Origin: Raillietiella orientalis
Taxonomy: Eukaryota
Direction: 5' to 3'
Assembly: GCA_036172245.1 (NCBI GenBank)
Contig: JAYWIR010000025.1
Coordinates: 496,001-560,000, forward strand
DNA: 64,000 bases
This document shows, in pieces, positions 1-11,799 of the stretch (position 1 is its first letter; each line of letters begins with the position of its first letter). Under the pieces are notes generated by a model. The model ran no database searches and had not been told where the DNA came from. It worked only from the letters and a program-made list of their open reading frames with translations. A program made the position numbers and the translations under genes.

Positions 1-1759
1 TTCTGGCAGAGATTCCACGTGTTTCCTTCCTCGTGGCTGTTGTTTTGTTTCCCGCCCACTTGGTGATGCTGCCTCACATCCGTCCGGCGCTGCCCCCTGG
101 AAAACACGAGGAGGAAGCCATCTCTGCAGCAGGTCCTGCCTTCTGCAATCCCTGTGGTTCGGAGGAGGGAGATGCGACCCGCCTTTAGGCAGGCGAAGAG
201 TTTCGTCCCTCACCATTTCGTTTCATGCACGAGTCGCTCGCCTCGGGTGCTGTCCGCTCCGCACAGTTCGTCCAAAAATCCCGAAAGAAGAAAAAACATC
301 TGCACGAACTGAACACAGAGAGTTCTCCGGAAAGCAAACACGGTGGTGCTGCACTCTGACACTTCGGGGTACTGCAAACCTGTGAGAAGAACAGGTAGCC
401 CTGAAGCTTACCTTTCGTGCGCCGTGCAACCCTTTGGAAAGTCAGCCAGGGTGGTCAAGAGAGCCGCAGAGTCCGTGCGACGAGATGCGATCCGCCCAGC
501 TCCTCTGGGACGCGCAGCCGACGAATTTCCGGGTAGGAGTACGTGGCACCCCGAAAGAAGGTGAAAAGAGCCAGGAACATCGATGGAGCAACAGCCAGCG
601 ACAAAAAAAAACCTCGTGCCAGGGTTTCAGTGGCGCGGGAGCAGCACCGATGCGTCCTGTGAGGACAGCTTTGTCTCCCAGTCCTCCCTCCAGTTGCCCT
701 TCGAGTAGTGTCTGAAGACATGGAACGGAAGTTTCGAAGAGGAAAATCATTTCTCTGATAAGAAAAGGAGGCGGGAGCACGCAGCTCCTTTTTCCGTACA
801 AGGGGGGAAGGAACGAGGTGTGTCTGCAGCTTGCAACTTTCAAAGACAAATCCCTTCTCCAAGGAATTTACTTCCGAAAAGTCACAGGAAGGGCATCTAA
901 AATGTTGAACGGAGCTCTAAACATGGTGCTGAAGACTGTACTAGAAGAGATGACTTGGTTTTTTTTTTTTTTTTTCTCTGGATTTCAGTTCCCTGCACCA
1001 TTACAGAAATGACCTAGATAAACGCATGCCGCTAATGGAACAGCAACCCACCCAGGTGGCACAGTGACTAATAGAAAACGAACGTCGAAGTCATAGCCGA
1101 TCAGGAAAAGGGCAGTTACGGGCACGCTCGTGCCCAGCCCATTCAGAAATTCGGCCTTTGGTAGGGAGAAGTGGCTTCCTTCAGCCAGCCGCTTCTTACG
1201 CAGCTCATGGCAGAAACGAAGGACTCTCCCTGAAATCTCCACGGACTGCCCGGTTCACTCGGCGGCCCATCAGACTTCCGAACGGCCGCAAAAGAATTCA
1301 TCAGTAGCTCGTGAACCTCTAGAAGCTACCCATAGCCTCAGAAATGCGCTGCAGCCCCCGACTGGCAAGGTTCTTTTGAGGTTTAATCTGTATCTGGATG
1401 GAGCAGACTGATATCCCTGATTGGCGCTAACTGCGGCACCAACTGCGCGTGTTGCCGGAATTCACGGCAACCCTGTGGATGAGAAGCCATGCAGAAGACC
1501 AAAGTCAACACTTGTTCAAGACGCTTTCTGTAGGGGCACCCCTCAGCAGAGCACTTTCCATCCCTCCTCGTCCTCCTTCCACGAGACCTGATGAAATAAA
1601 TTTGTGCTCTTGGGCGCGTACTGACAGGAGATCTCGTCGGGTCTCTCTCTTTCCTCCTTCCCTGAAGCCAATTTTGTCCAGATGCTTTTAAGAACGTTTT
1701 TTTCCAGAGTCGCTCACGGATCGTTTCCCGGAGGGTTTCAAACAAAGAGGCAGTTTTCT

Positions 1760-2300
1760 TCCCGGATACTGCTGGCCACCTCTGCAAGGCGGGCTCTACG
1801 AGCACTCGCCCATTCAACCAAACTTAATGGGACTGCCGGAAAACTTCTTGGTCCACACGTGAAGAGGCGATGAGGAATTCCTCCGGGGAGCAGTTGTTTT
1901 TCCATGCAGGCCGGTACAAGAACCGGAGAGATTAAGGACGGCGATTAAGGAAGAAAGTTCCGAGCGCGCTTCGTGACAATCCTTTGATTTTGTTTTCCGA
2001 CCAGAAATTATATCACACGCGTTACGAAACCGACTGCTTGGAGGCGAGAAGATTACATGAGCTGAGAGACAGGTACGACGCCGAGGTGACCGGAAAGCAT
2101 GCTTCGGGAGAGCACGGCGGATTGTGGTCCTGGGAAGCGTTCTCTTCGGGTCCGGAGCACGTGAAAGATCATCGTGAGCTTTCAGCCGAGCTTCCTCGCC
2201 GCTGTCTCACAAGAACGAATCCCGCACGCCCTCTGTGGCTTTCCCGGAGAACGCGGGAAAGCACTGGAGAGAGGAAGAAAAAGGAGGAAAGAAATGCTCC
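1760..2300 (+). mobile_element. Degenerate Tc1/mariner transposase remnant
   Basis: ILFSDQK at ~1987-2007 resembles the first catalytic-Asp motif ILFSDEK. It is followed by GGLWSWEAFSSG (cf. GGSVMVWGAF) and, in another frame, FPENAGKH (cf. FQQDNAxxH). Frameshifted; no TIRs identified. Confidence 0.45.
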
Positions 2301-3130
2301 ACGCTCACTTCCTGGAACCGAGAAGTCGCGTGAGTGAACGGAATGTTGCCCACACATCCGAGAGACCTTCATGTTCAGGGGGGAGTTCCCTCGTCTGTGA
2401 GCGAAGCTGGGAGGTAAGATGACCCTGCGGCTGTGGCTCCAGCTATTTCACTACCTGAGGATCGTTTTTTTTCATGAGGCTTCCTGGAGCACCCCGACCT
2501 ACTCCACTTGACCACACCGCTTTCCTCCTCAGCTGGGTGACGCGAACGTGCTGAGCTCTAAGAAAGAAGGAAAGAAAGAAAGAAAAAAAACTGTAGCGCT
2601 GAGCCTGCGACTTTTCGAGGGAGTGGTCGGCGGTGCTTCCTCGAGGCTGCGGCTTCGGTCTAGCGTTCCGAAGGCGGGGGGCTGTTCAGCATCGACGCCC
2701 ACTCGATCTCACCGTATCTTGGTCTCACAAAGAGAGGGTCCGGGAGGAGGAGGATTACGAGTGGAACTCAGCGAGTCCGGAGCGCTGCCTCCATCGCCGG
2801 CTTACCGCATCGATTTTTATTCAGGCGCGTGAGCGAAGAGCGGGACGCCGGAGGATCTTCCTAAGAAGGCAGGCTGAGGACGTCGGCTTCTTCTGCCACT
2901 GATCCCTTGAGCTGCTCGGATGGAAGGACTGCATCCCTCCCTGGAGACCCTGCCGATCCGAAGGTGGGAGCAGATCCGATCCGGATCACTGGCCTCGTTT
3001 CTCTGGATCTTGATCTGCAACTTTTTTTTCCTTCTCTTCCTTTGCTTCCAGCGTAGCATAGCAACAACAGCTCTCTTCCTCGCACACTGTTTTAAGGTGT
3101 TTTCGGGCAGTGCAAGCGCGCGGCTGGTCG

Positions 3131-3285
3131 GAGAGGGTGCTGGGGTTTCTGCACCCTTCGTCTTCGCGGACACGGGCCATTGTGGATCGGCACTCGAGTT
3201 GCTCATGGTAACCCGAATGTGCGCTTCGGTGCTTCCTTTGAGGACAGCTGGGAGCAGCTGGCCACGGGGGTGCTGCTGCTCGTAA
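3131..3285. repeat. Dispersed direct repeat, copy 1 (~155 bp)
   Basis: ggagagggtgctggggtttctgcacccttcgtcttcgcggacacgg...gaatgtgcgcttcggtgcttcctttgaggacagctg...tgctgctc aligns by eye with 4452-4622. Confidence 0.85.
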
Positions 3286-4451
3286 GCTCACGTGGGCGAG
3301 GGACCTGAGGGAATCCGAGGTCTGGGTTTCCCAGAAAGCGTCAACCACTTTCGCACACCCTTCGACACCACCAATGTCGTAGTTGCGCCACCATCTGGTC
3401 CGCTCGTCGCTCGATTTGGCAGAGCGGGGGGCGGTTTGGCCGATATCATTCAGGAGGAACCCCCCTCTCCCCCGGGAGAGAAGAGAAAGCGAGTGTGTTC
3501 GCGGTGACTCCGATGACTCCGTTTCTCGGGAAACCGCCCTGTGTCTGGAGGGAATCTCCTCAGGAGCTGCCGCCTCCAAGAAGGGTCCGGAATCGCCAGA
3601 AGGACGGAAAGGGAGCGCACACGGAGGTCTCCTGGACGTTTCCTCCCGAGCGTTTACCCTTGGCTACGTTGCCGCAGCCCCGATGGCCACACTGACTGGA
3701 CAGCGCACTTAGACTGCCCTCCTATTTCATTTGCAATCAATAAAAATCATCGAAGCTTCCGAGAGCAGCCTTCCGGCTTCACGCACCATCAGTGGCACGC
3801 GGAGCGGATCACGAATTTTGGCCGTCGAGCCCGTGGGGTGCGCGCGCAGGCGGATCAGCAGGTCGCTGCAAAATCGCGCGCCCGTCCATCTGGTAGCGGG
3901 GTGAGAACGCGAACGAACGCAGTCTCGGGAATCCGCTCTGGGGACTCCTGCCCGACCTGATGGCGCTTCGTAGGGACGATGGACCCTCTCCCCCCCCATT
4001 TCCCAGTGATGGCGTCCGACGTGGCACGACGAAGGAAGAAAGAGGGCGAATGCGGATAACCTCCGTTCCTCTGCAGAAGCAGAGAGATGTCGGTCCGGGA
4101 CCCGGCTCCTGGCTTCCCGGGATCGCGGGGCCCGCGGGAGATCAAGGCGATCTCGCATGCGTGCGAGGGACCCCAACGCCGGCACATGCGAAACCGCCTG
4201 GACCTCCGTTCCCTGAGAGGTCAGCCGAATGAAACGAGGGAACAAAACCGAGGCAAGAAGTCGGCCCTGCACGAGGATGATATGACAGAGCAGGTTCTTC
4301 TGGAGAGCGCACTACTTGTCCTGATTGCAGCCTCGGTCGCAGCATCCTGATCGCCATCCCGGGAGCTCTTGCCACCCGCTTCTAATTCGCCGAATGCGAC
4401 TTCTGTTTGCGGCTCCCTCTACGTCGACAGTGCATCCCTACGCGGCTGGTA

Positions 4452-4622
4452 GGAGAGGGTGTTGGGGTTTCTGCACCGTTCGTCTTCGCGGACACGGCTC
4501 ATCGTAAATCGACACTCGCTTTGCTCATGATAACCTGAATGTGCGCTTCAGTGCTTCCTTTGTGGACAGCTGAGGTCAGCTGAGGATGCGGGAGCAGCTG
4601 TCCACAGGTGTTGCTGCTCATC
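4452..4622. repeat. Dispersed direct repeat, copy 2
   Basis: Same orientation as 3131-3285, with scattered substitutions and a short internal insertion/duplication (agctgaggtcagctgaggatgc). Confidence 0.85.
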
Positions 4623-4919
4623 TACTCGAGCTTGTTGCGTGGAGCAGGCGGGGATCTCCATTTTCGCCACGCGCTCGGTGCCCACCCCCCCTCCAGTCTT
4701 CCCTGCTCTTTCGGAGTAGATCCGAGCAGGTTCGGGCGATGTGTCTCCTTGCACGTTGCTCTTCGTGTTCCCCGGGAGCTATCGGGTAAACCCCGACAAC
4801 GAAAGAAGAGGAGGACATGAGGCGGCTGCCCATTCATCCATCTCACCCTCCTGCTCGGGCGGACGCCTCGGTGAATTCCTGTGCTCTGCTGATCTGCAGC
4901 CCGCGTTGACCGGGGTCGT

Positions 4920-6170
4920 GCGGCCGCGCATGGCACCACCAAGCGTTGCGGGTTCGAATCCCTCCCGGAGGGGAAGTTCGGGTGCGGAGGCACTAGTTGA
5001 CACCTGGTCACGCGGGGCATTTAATTATAAAAAATAAACATGCACGTCTGTGGAACAGTTACTTATAACCACGAGGAGGAACCTGCTGAGAACTGGTACG
5101 CGGACCAGTAGGTTTCGCTTCGGCAGCACAGGGGAAGGAGAGACAAACAAAAAGAAAAAATATACAAAAAATTTATATATAAAAAATTGAAGGGGGGATT
5201 CGGGGAGGGATTTCTGTGTGCTGGAGGGTATGCTCTGCATCCTTGTAAGGATGACGGAAAGTTCCTGTTTCACCATTCCCAGATGGGACCATCTTGACTC
5301 TGTCCTCAGGAAGAGGACTGAAAGATACATGACCTCCCTGTCGTTCTGCTCTCCTCTGGCGTTGCTCCATGCAGTCATGATCCTGCCGCGTAGGCAGCAA
5401 AGTGCTGCTAGGGATGCGATCGGCGTAAGGGTGTCGCACAGAAAGAGGCGCTTTTACAACGTCTCTGGCGTTGCCGCCCTGGGATCCAAGGGCGCGACAC
5501 TGGTGAAAGCCAGAAACCTCCGGATGCTCCACTTGACTGGCCTCTGGGATTGGAAGTCGACCCTCCGGGGTCCTTCCAGGAAACAAGGATCCTGGTTCTT
5601 CCGGGATCCCCTCCGGTTGTTAAGATGAAGTCATTACTGTGGAGCTGGTTGATATTCCCCTAAGCGGTTCTCTCCAGGGTGTCAGAAGTGCGCTGCTTCC
5701 TTTGGGGAGCACCCTGAAGAAAAACTGGAAAGCGTCCCTTCGAGGTTCTCTTTAGAGAGAAGGGAACAGGGAGCGGTTCTCTTGAGGATGCGCTCCGAAA
5801 AGAAATGAGGAGTGTCCCTTCTACGGGTGTCCCTCCCGAGAGAATAAGAAACAAGTTCCCTGCGGGGTTCTCTTCGGAGACAACCGGCTCTGCTTCGAGG
5901 TTCAGTGTCCCATACCAAACGTAGGAGGAGTGGACTTCCTTCCTCCGGACCCTCCTGGGATGCACAAGGAGGTCCCTACGGGGTTGTTTCCTAACTGGAA
6001 GATTCACGCGCACGAATTCACGCGCATTCCTCGAATGGCGTGGGCGGTGTCAAAGAGCTCTGCGAGCCCCCCCAGTCTGAGGAGGCGTTCTTCAGCAATT
6101 GGCAAACCAAAAAAGAAAAGAGCCGGAAGGAGAGCAGCAAAAGAGAGGTAAACATGAGGATTTCCGTCAT
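4920..6170 (+). mobile_element. tRNA-headed SINE-like element, copy A (probable ~450-bp unrelated insert at ~5020-5480)
   Basis: B-box GGTTCGAATCCC at 4951-4962. Body ~5490-6170 is the reverse complement of ~23553-24260, seen also as the shared spurious peptide RRVRRKEVHSSYVWYGTLNLEAEPVVSEENPAGN in the ORF track. Confidence 0.6.
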
Positions 6171-6254
6171 CCGAGCTGCTGAGCTGCCAGTTTGTTTGTT
6201 TGTTTGTCCATTCTTCAGGATCCCTGGACACGTCTTGGTGGAGGAAGCAGCTGC

Positions 6255-6570
6255 CACTCGCTCCTGGCCGCCGGCTGCCCGCATGATCGCACCGGAGGAC
6301 CAAATTCCCGCCGGAGGTGTGAAGTCGGGCACGTCCACAGGCACCTGGGATCCGTTCGCCCCTGCTCGGGTAGAGACTACCTTTCGGTCTCCGGTGCTGA
6401 GTGGACCGCGTGGACAGCGCTTCTGGGACCGTCCGTTGTGTGGCGGATCGGGTAGCTTCCCGGGGGTGCTGCGCAGTCGCACGCCTGAGCGAACCGTCTG
6501 GGCTGCGCCCGTTTTAGGTCGCCGCTGCCACGCAACGGGTCGATTCCACGCTACACCTGCGCACCGAAAG
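6255..6570 (-). pseudogene. Possible decayed Ser/Thr protein kinase (TSSK-like) fragment
   Basis: Motifs in kinase order across frameshifts on the minus strand: AGVAW, GDLKRA (cf. HRDLKxxN), DGSLR then tgcgactgcgcagc (cf. LCDFGS), QVPVDVPDFTPPAGIWSSGAIM (cf. EVLxGxPYxPxxxDIWSxGVI). Spacing is imperfect. Confidence 0.3.
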
Positions 6571-8329
6571 GGTCGGTTCGTCAGCTGATCACGCGGGAGG
6601 AAGGTCCTCCGTGGGAATTCACCCCGCAGCGCCGTCTCCAACGCGCAGGAAGCGGACCCTTCTGGGACGATGGAAGGCGGAGGAGGTATTCCCACTGGCC
6701 ATCACGCGCTCATCCGCGTGGGGGTGCACCCCCAGTGGGCAGCGAAGAGGGAAAGGGAAAAGCCGGGGCACCAAAGAGCGGGCTTGTCTCTGGCATTGTT
6801 GCCAGCACCTCTGCCCTACCTCGAGAGGTTGGGTAGGGATCCCCACGATTCACCCTGAAGCCACCTCGGGTAGCCAAACGGAGCTGCTGAAGAACTCCAG
6901 TGCTGCCTTCTCTCACCCTTGGGCGTGCCGACGTCTCTGAACTCCCGGAGGCGCGGTTCCTCCGACACTGTACAGATAAGGAAGCTGGATAGAGCTTCCT
7001 CTCTTCTGGAGTTTCTTATCATCTCGCCAGCAGCATATTCTGAGGTGAGTCTCTCCGGCCACAGGGCAGTTTTCTAGAACAGCAAGCCGTGGGATCACTG
7101 TGATCACCCTTGCTGCTGCTCTTCCGGGGAAGAGGCGCTTCCGCGCAAGAAAAGAGTCCGCGTTGTTCTCGTGGTCTTGGCGCCCACTTGGTCCACTTCG
7201 CCACGATCGCCAACTTTTAGTCCAGAGACGGAGGTGATTGTCTAGCGAGAGGCGCCCCCGACCGCTGAACCGCCAAACAGCGTGGCTCCCTGCAGGCGAT
7301 CTTTCGACCACTTTTGCTCTGCTCTGCTCTCCCTACGGTGCTCTGGTCTTCCCAGCCGGCGAGCCTCACAATCCCCCACCAATGCCTCGGAGGAGGTCGC
7401 TGCTGCTCCACGGAGGTCCTTCTGGAGCAGGCGGGCCCAGGAGAGGAACGCAGCGAAGAATTCCCCGGTGTTCATGGGGAGGGTCACAGGGTGCGAGGGC
7501 ACGGCTCGACCTCCCATTCTTCTCGCGAGCCCCAGAGTTCGCCCTCTCCTTCTCATAGGGTCAAAGGGCGCGCGCGCCGATTCCGACCAGCTCAGCAACC
7601 TTCACCTGCCCCCGAGCGGAAAATTCGGGTCCCGCGCGCGCTCTCCCTTCGCTCCGGGGACGCGGAGCATCCGCCCGCCCTCCGCCCGCCTCACCGAGAG
7701 ATTGCCGTCTCCTGGCGATGCCGCGCTCCTGCGAGCGAAATTTTCCTTATTTGCCCTCATTGCCACATCTCCCTGTCTGCAGCTGCCGCCACACACCCTC
7801 GTCTCCGCGTTCCTCAACGTCGGTGACGCAACCGCTTTCGTTGTCTTCTGCCGCGCTTTCCAGAGGCGACGCGGTCTCTGGTGGGAGGAAGTGCGGAATT
7901 CCCACCCCCCTTCTTCTTCTTCTTCTTCTTCTTCTTGCCTTTTCTCCGGCGCCATTAAAAAGATTCTGCGCCCGCGGAATCCGTGCGCCCTTGGCACGCG
8001 CCGCCCGCGCCGTGCCTCTCGTCCGGGCCTGCAGAGAACCTCTGGCATTTCGTGGAGATCTCTCAGTGTTTGGGGTTTCGTAGGTGGGAGGGGCCTCAGA
8101 GGGAGGGCCTGCCCGTAGCTTTCGAAACAGCGCTCCGGGACAGGGGAGAGCCAGCCGCGTGCGGAGGAGGGCGGGGCGCGGGAGTCGAACCGAAGAAACT
8201 TCTGGGAGCGCGCGGGTAAGGCGTCCGGTGGCTTCCGGTTGGCCATCGAAGCGTGCAACAACCGCGCACGCCCCTCCGGGCACCCTTCCAGAATGTGGAG
8301 GCCTCCGCGGTCAAAAGATACCCCACCCT

Positions 8330-8470
8330 CTCCTTTTTTTCCCCTGCAGCCTTCTTCCTCTTCTTCTTCTTCTTCTCCTCCTCCTCCTCCTTTCTCCTGG
8401 CCTTTCTCCTCCTTTCCTCCTCTTTTCCTCTTCCTCCTCCTCACTCTTCCCTTCCTCCTCTTCTATTCCC
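8330..8470. repeat. (CTT/CCT)n polypyrimidine low-complexity tract
   Basis: Near-pure C/T run cttcttcctcttcttcttcttcttctcctcctcc...; similar tracts at 7911-7935, 18810-18910, 27990-28095 and 29880-29955. Confidence 0.85.
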
Positions 8471-10132
8471 TGTCGCAGTTTCGTTTTGGCCACCCACTGC
8501 TGCCCCGGAACCTGCTGTTCCCTCCCTCCCAAGGGGAAAGGAAGGGAGAGGAAGAGGAGGAAAACCGGTAAGAAGTACCGGACGGAAGACAGCGCGCGTG
8601 AGGTGCTGATTCGGGAGGGCGCCCGGCACCCCGGGCGAAGTTCCGTCCAGAGCGCTGCGAAAGCGTCGAACGCTATGGAGGCGCTCCCTGAGCGCCGCTC
8701 GGCGGAGCTCCGAGAAACCTTCCTCTTCCTCCTCTCCCTCTCGACAACCTCTGCCTTCGCCGTGCCACCGGGAGAGAGAGGAGTCGGACCTCGCGCGTGC
8801 TGTGCGCAACACGCGGGGAAGCAGTGGATGTCCTTTCTCTACCCCCTCCCTCAACTGCCGTCCTTACTCCTGAACTGCGGACTGCCTCCGCCAAGTCTGA
8901 TCTTTTCCCGGCTCTTCCTCCTCGCGCCGGCTTGTCGCCTCCACGTCCCGCTGGAGGCCCACCGTCAGAGGACGGGCGGGTGGTGGAAAGTTTGCTTTTA
9001 GGGGTGCCTTTACAGGGGACGTCCACGGCGCTCCACCGGGTCCGTTGGGCGTGAGGAGCCTTCGTTTGCGAGATCAGGCCGTGGTTCTGGCGCGTGGGGC
9101 GTGAGAGACGGGGACGCAGCAGGGCGAGGCGGCGTCGAGCTCCAAAAGGGAGGAGCTCAAGGGCTCGAAAGACCGCCTTTTCGCCTCTGCCTCCGCTCCT
9201 CGAATTTATCCGGGGGGCCTCGGGAGGCTGGAGAGGCAAAGGACCCTTTTCTTTTTCTCCGTGAGGGAGAAGAGGTTCGCTGCCTGATCCTCATGTAGAA
9301 GACGAGGGCGCCCCAGCAGAGGAGCCGGCGAAGGATTGCCAAGGCCCGAGGAGCAGAAGGACAGCTGTCTTTGCTTCCTCCTCCTGCTCTGCGCGGCGGG
9401 GAAGAGACGGATCCCAGTCTCCAGGGCGACGCGGATCTGGGAGACCCCCCTAGACGGAGCGATGCCTGAGAATGCCCTGCCCTGGAGGCAGGCGGGAAGA
9501 GGGAGGGGAGAGAAGACGAAGGGGAGGTGAAGCAGCCGTTCCCGCACTCGGGCGGAAGGGAAGGGAGGCTCCTGGAGAGTCTCGGGAGAGTGAGGGAGGA
9601 GGAGACCCCACGAGGACGAGGACTTCCCTCCTCTCCCTGTATTCCTTGCCTGTGCCCCTGGCTCCCTGTCCTCGCGCCCCAGCCGGAGCCGATCGGGCCG
9701 CACTCTTCCGAAGCTCCCAGAAGGCGTCCTAGGGGATGCAGGCGGGAGGTGATCATTTCTCCTGGAGAGCCCCTCTCTTCCTGGGGGGCAGCAGCAGCAG
9801 CGGGGTGAGTCCGCTGCTGCGCTCACCCGTCCGCGCGCGAGCGTCCTCGGCGCGCGGACCTCGGAGTTTTCTTCTTCCTCCTCCCCCCGTCTTTCTCTCG
9901 CTTTCCTTTCCGCTCTCTTCCCCCCCCCCCCTCCCTCCCTCCTTCCTTGCCTTCTCTCCGCGCACGCGCGCGCGCGCGCACCTTCGCGTCGCCCCCTCCC
10001 GCCTGTGCGGGGAGAGAGGCGGGCGAACCGATCAAAAGAGGGTCAAGGATAGGAATGGAAGCGGCGTGATTTCGCGTGTCCGAAAGCCGCCCGTCGCTCC
10101 CGGGGGCGTCATAAAGTCCCGCGCTCCCGGGG

Positions 10133-10140
10133 TATAAAAG
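10133..10140 (+). promoter_or_regulatory. TATA box of the cuticle protein gene
   Basis: TATAAAAG in otherwise very GC-rich DNA, ~110 bp upstream of the ATG at 10245. Confidence 0.7.
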
Positions 10141-10244
10141 ATCGCGGTAGGAAACGCTTCCCAGATCGACCCGAACCATCCGGCCGTCCAGTGTCCACCG
10201 GTTCTCCTCTCACAGTCAGTATCGCCTGCTCGACCGGCCCCGCC

Positions 10245-11209
10245 ATGGTCTTCGATAAGGTCAGTTGGCCTCCGCTCCTGGGGAAGAGGGAAACGACGGG
10301 TGGGGCTGGACCTGAGCGCGCTTCACCCGCCTCTCCTCTTCCCTCGACCCTTCCCTCCCCCCCCCCCCCCCCCCAGCCTCCTTCGTGCCGTCCGCGGAGG
10401 CGGCGCGCTCGGTGGCAAGACGAAGTGGGGGTTGGCCGCCTTCCCCCCTCTCCTGGATGACGTCCTCCTTCCGTTCCAGCTCCTGGTGCTCTCGTTGCTC
10501 GCCTCCGCCGCCCTGGCCGCGAGGACCTACAAGGCCAAGCCCCCCTACCCGGTGTACAAGTCCGACTACGCGGCCTACAAGCCGGTACCCAAGAGCGACT
10601 ACGTGCCTGCCGAGTACAGCCCGGACTATCCGGCATACAAGCCCGCAGCAGCGTACAAGCCGGACTACCCCAAGCCGGATTACAAGGACGACTACGCCCA
10701 GAAGCCCTACAAGCCCAGCTACCCCGCCGCGAGCAAGGTCGCCTACAAGCCGGCATACAAGGACGCCTACTCCTACGAGAAGGACTACTACGTGAGCGTG
10801 GGGGAGGGAAGCAGGATGGGTGGAGTCGGGTGGAGGGGGCGGGGCGGGTCTTGGCCAGCAACCTTCTAGAGGGATGCATCGCCTCCTTCCTCCCTTGCAG
10901 GACCCGCCCAAATACGACTTCGAGTACAGCGTCAAGGACGACTACTCCTACAACAACTTCGGACACTCGGAGTCCCGTGATGGGGACTACACCGAGGGCA
11001 CCTACCACGTTGCCCTTCCCAACGGCCTCATCCAGACGGTCACCTACAAGGCCGGCGACCACGGGTACGTGGCCGACGTCCAGTATTCCGGAGAGCTGGT
11101 GTACGACAAGCCGCACAAATACGAGGCCGCATACGACAAACCCCACAATTACGAGCCTGCGTACCCCAAGACACCCTACGCCCCTTACAAAATTTACGAA
11201 GCCAAATGA
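10245..11209 (+). CDS. Cuticular protein with Rebers-Riddiford (RR-2-like) chitin-binding domain, 3 exons, ~211 aa
   Basis: Exons 10245-10259 (MVFDK|gtcagt), 10480-10791 (cag|LLVLSLLASAALA signal peptide, then YKP/PDY repeats, ...KDYY|gtgagc) and 10901-11209 (cag|DPPKYDFEYSVKDDYSYNNFGHSESRDGDYTEGTYHVALPNGLIQTVTYKAGDHGYVADVQYSG...EAK*). Both introns are GT-AG, phase 0. A tiny first exon splitting the signal peptide is typical of arthropod cuticle genes. Confidence 0.93.
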
Positions 11210-11799
11210 GCTGCTATCCGCCCCAGGGCAGAGGGGGAAGGCGGCTCGTCGTGGATGGCATCCGAGAAGGCAGCGTTTCCGCGGAAACGGAAAAATTCCG
11301 AGTGGTGTTTCCGCGGAACGTGACCAAAATGATGATAAAAATAATAAAAAAAAAAAAGATAGGTAGTTCGATGAATGGGTGGGTGGACTGGTGGATGCCC
11401 GCTCGTAAAGGAGCGATTTTCTCTGCATTCTCCCCTCGCTTCGGGCACAGGGCTGAGAGGGAGGGGCGAGGCCGAGAGGAGGGAAGGAAAAAAAAAAAAA
11501 GGCCATCTTGGAGGCGACAAATCCTTCCGGCCGTATTTCAGTCGACCTGCGGCTCGTCTCAGTCTCCAGGGGACGCGGTGTAGCGATCAGTCGCCCGGCG
11601 GACAGGGCGCCCGCTACTCTCAGAAGAGGTGACCGACCAGGACCTCGTCACGAGGGAAATGGAGGAACCGGGTTTGGAGTACCGGCGAACCCTTCCCTCC
11701 CACTCCCAGGCGGCTGCCTCAGAGAGGGAGAGATGGATTCGCCGGTGTTGTCGCGAGAAGGGAGGATGCCCGGAGGCATCCTCTCTTTTCGCGATAGCC

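Noticed and set aside
4900..4975. Possible tRNA gene (GGTTCGAATCCC); likewise 15597-15676 and 25939-25975
   Set aside because: I could not fold a cloverleaf; each site is attached to the same repeat body and is better explained as a SINE head.
10109..11506. 465-aa minus-strand ORF
   Set aside because: Antisense shadow of the GC3-biased cuticle gene plus GC-rich flanks; no coherent protein.
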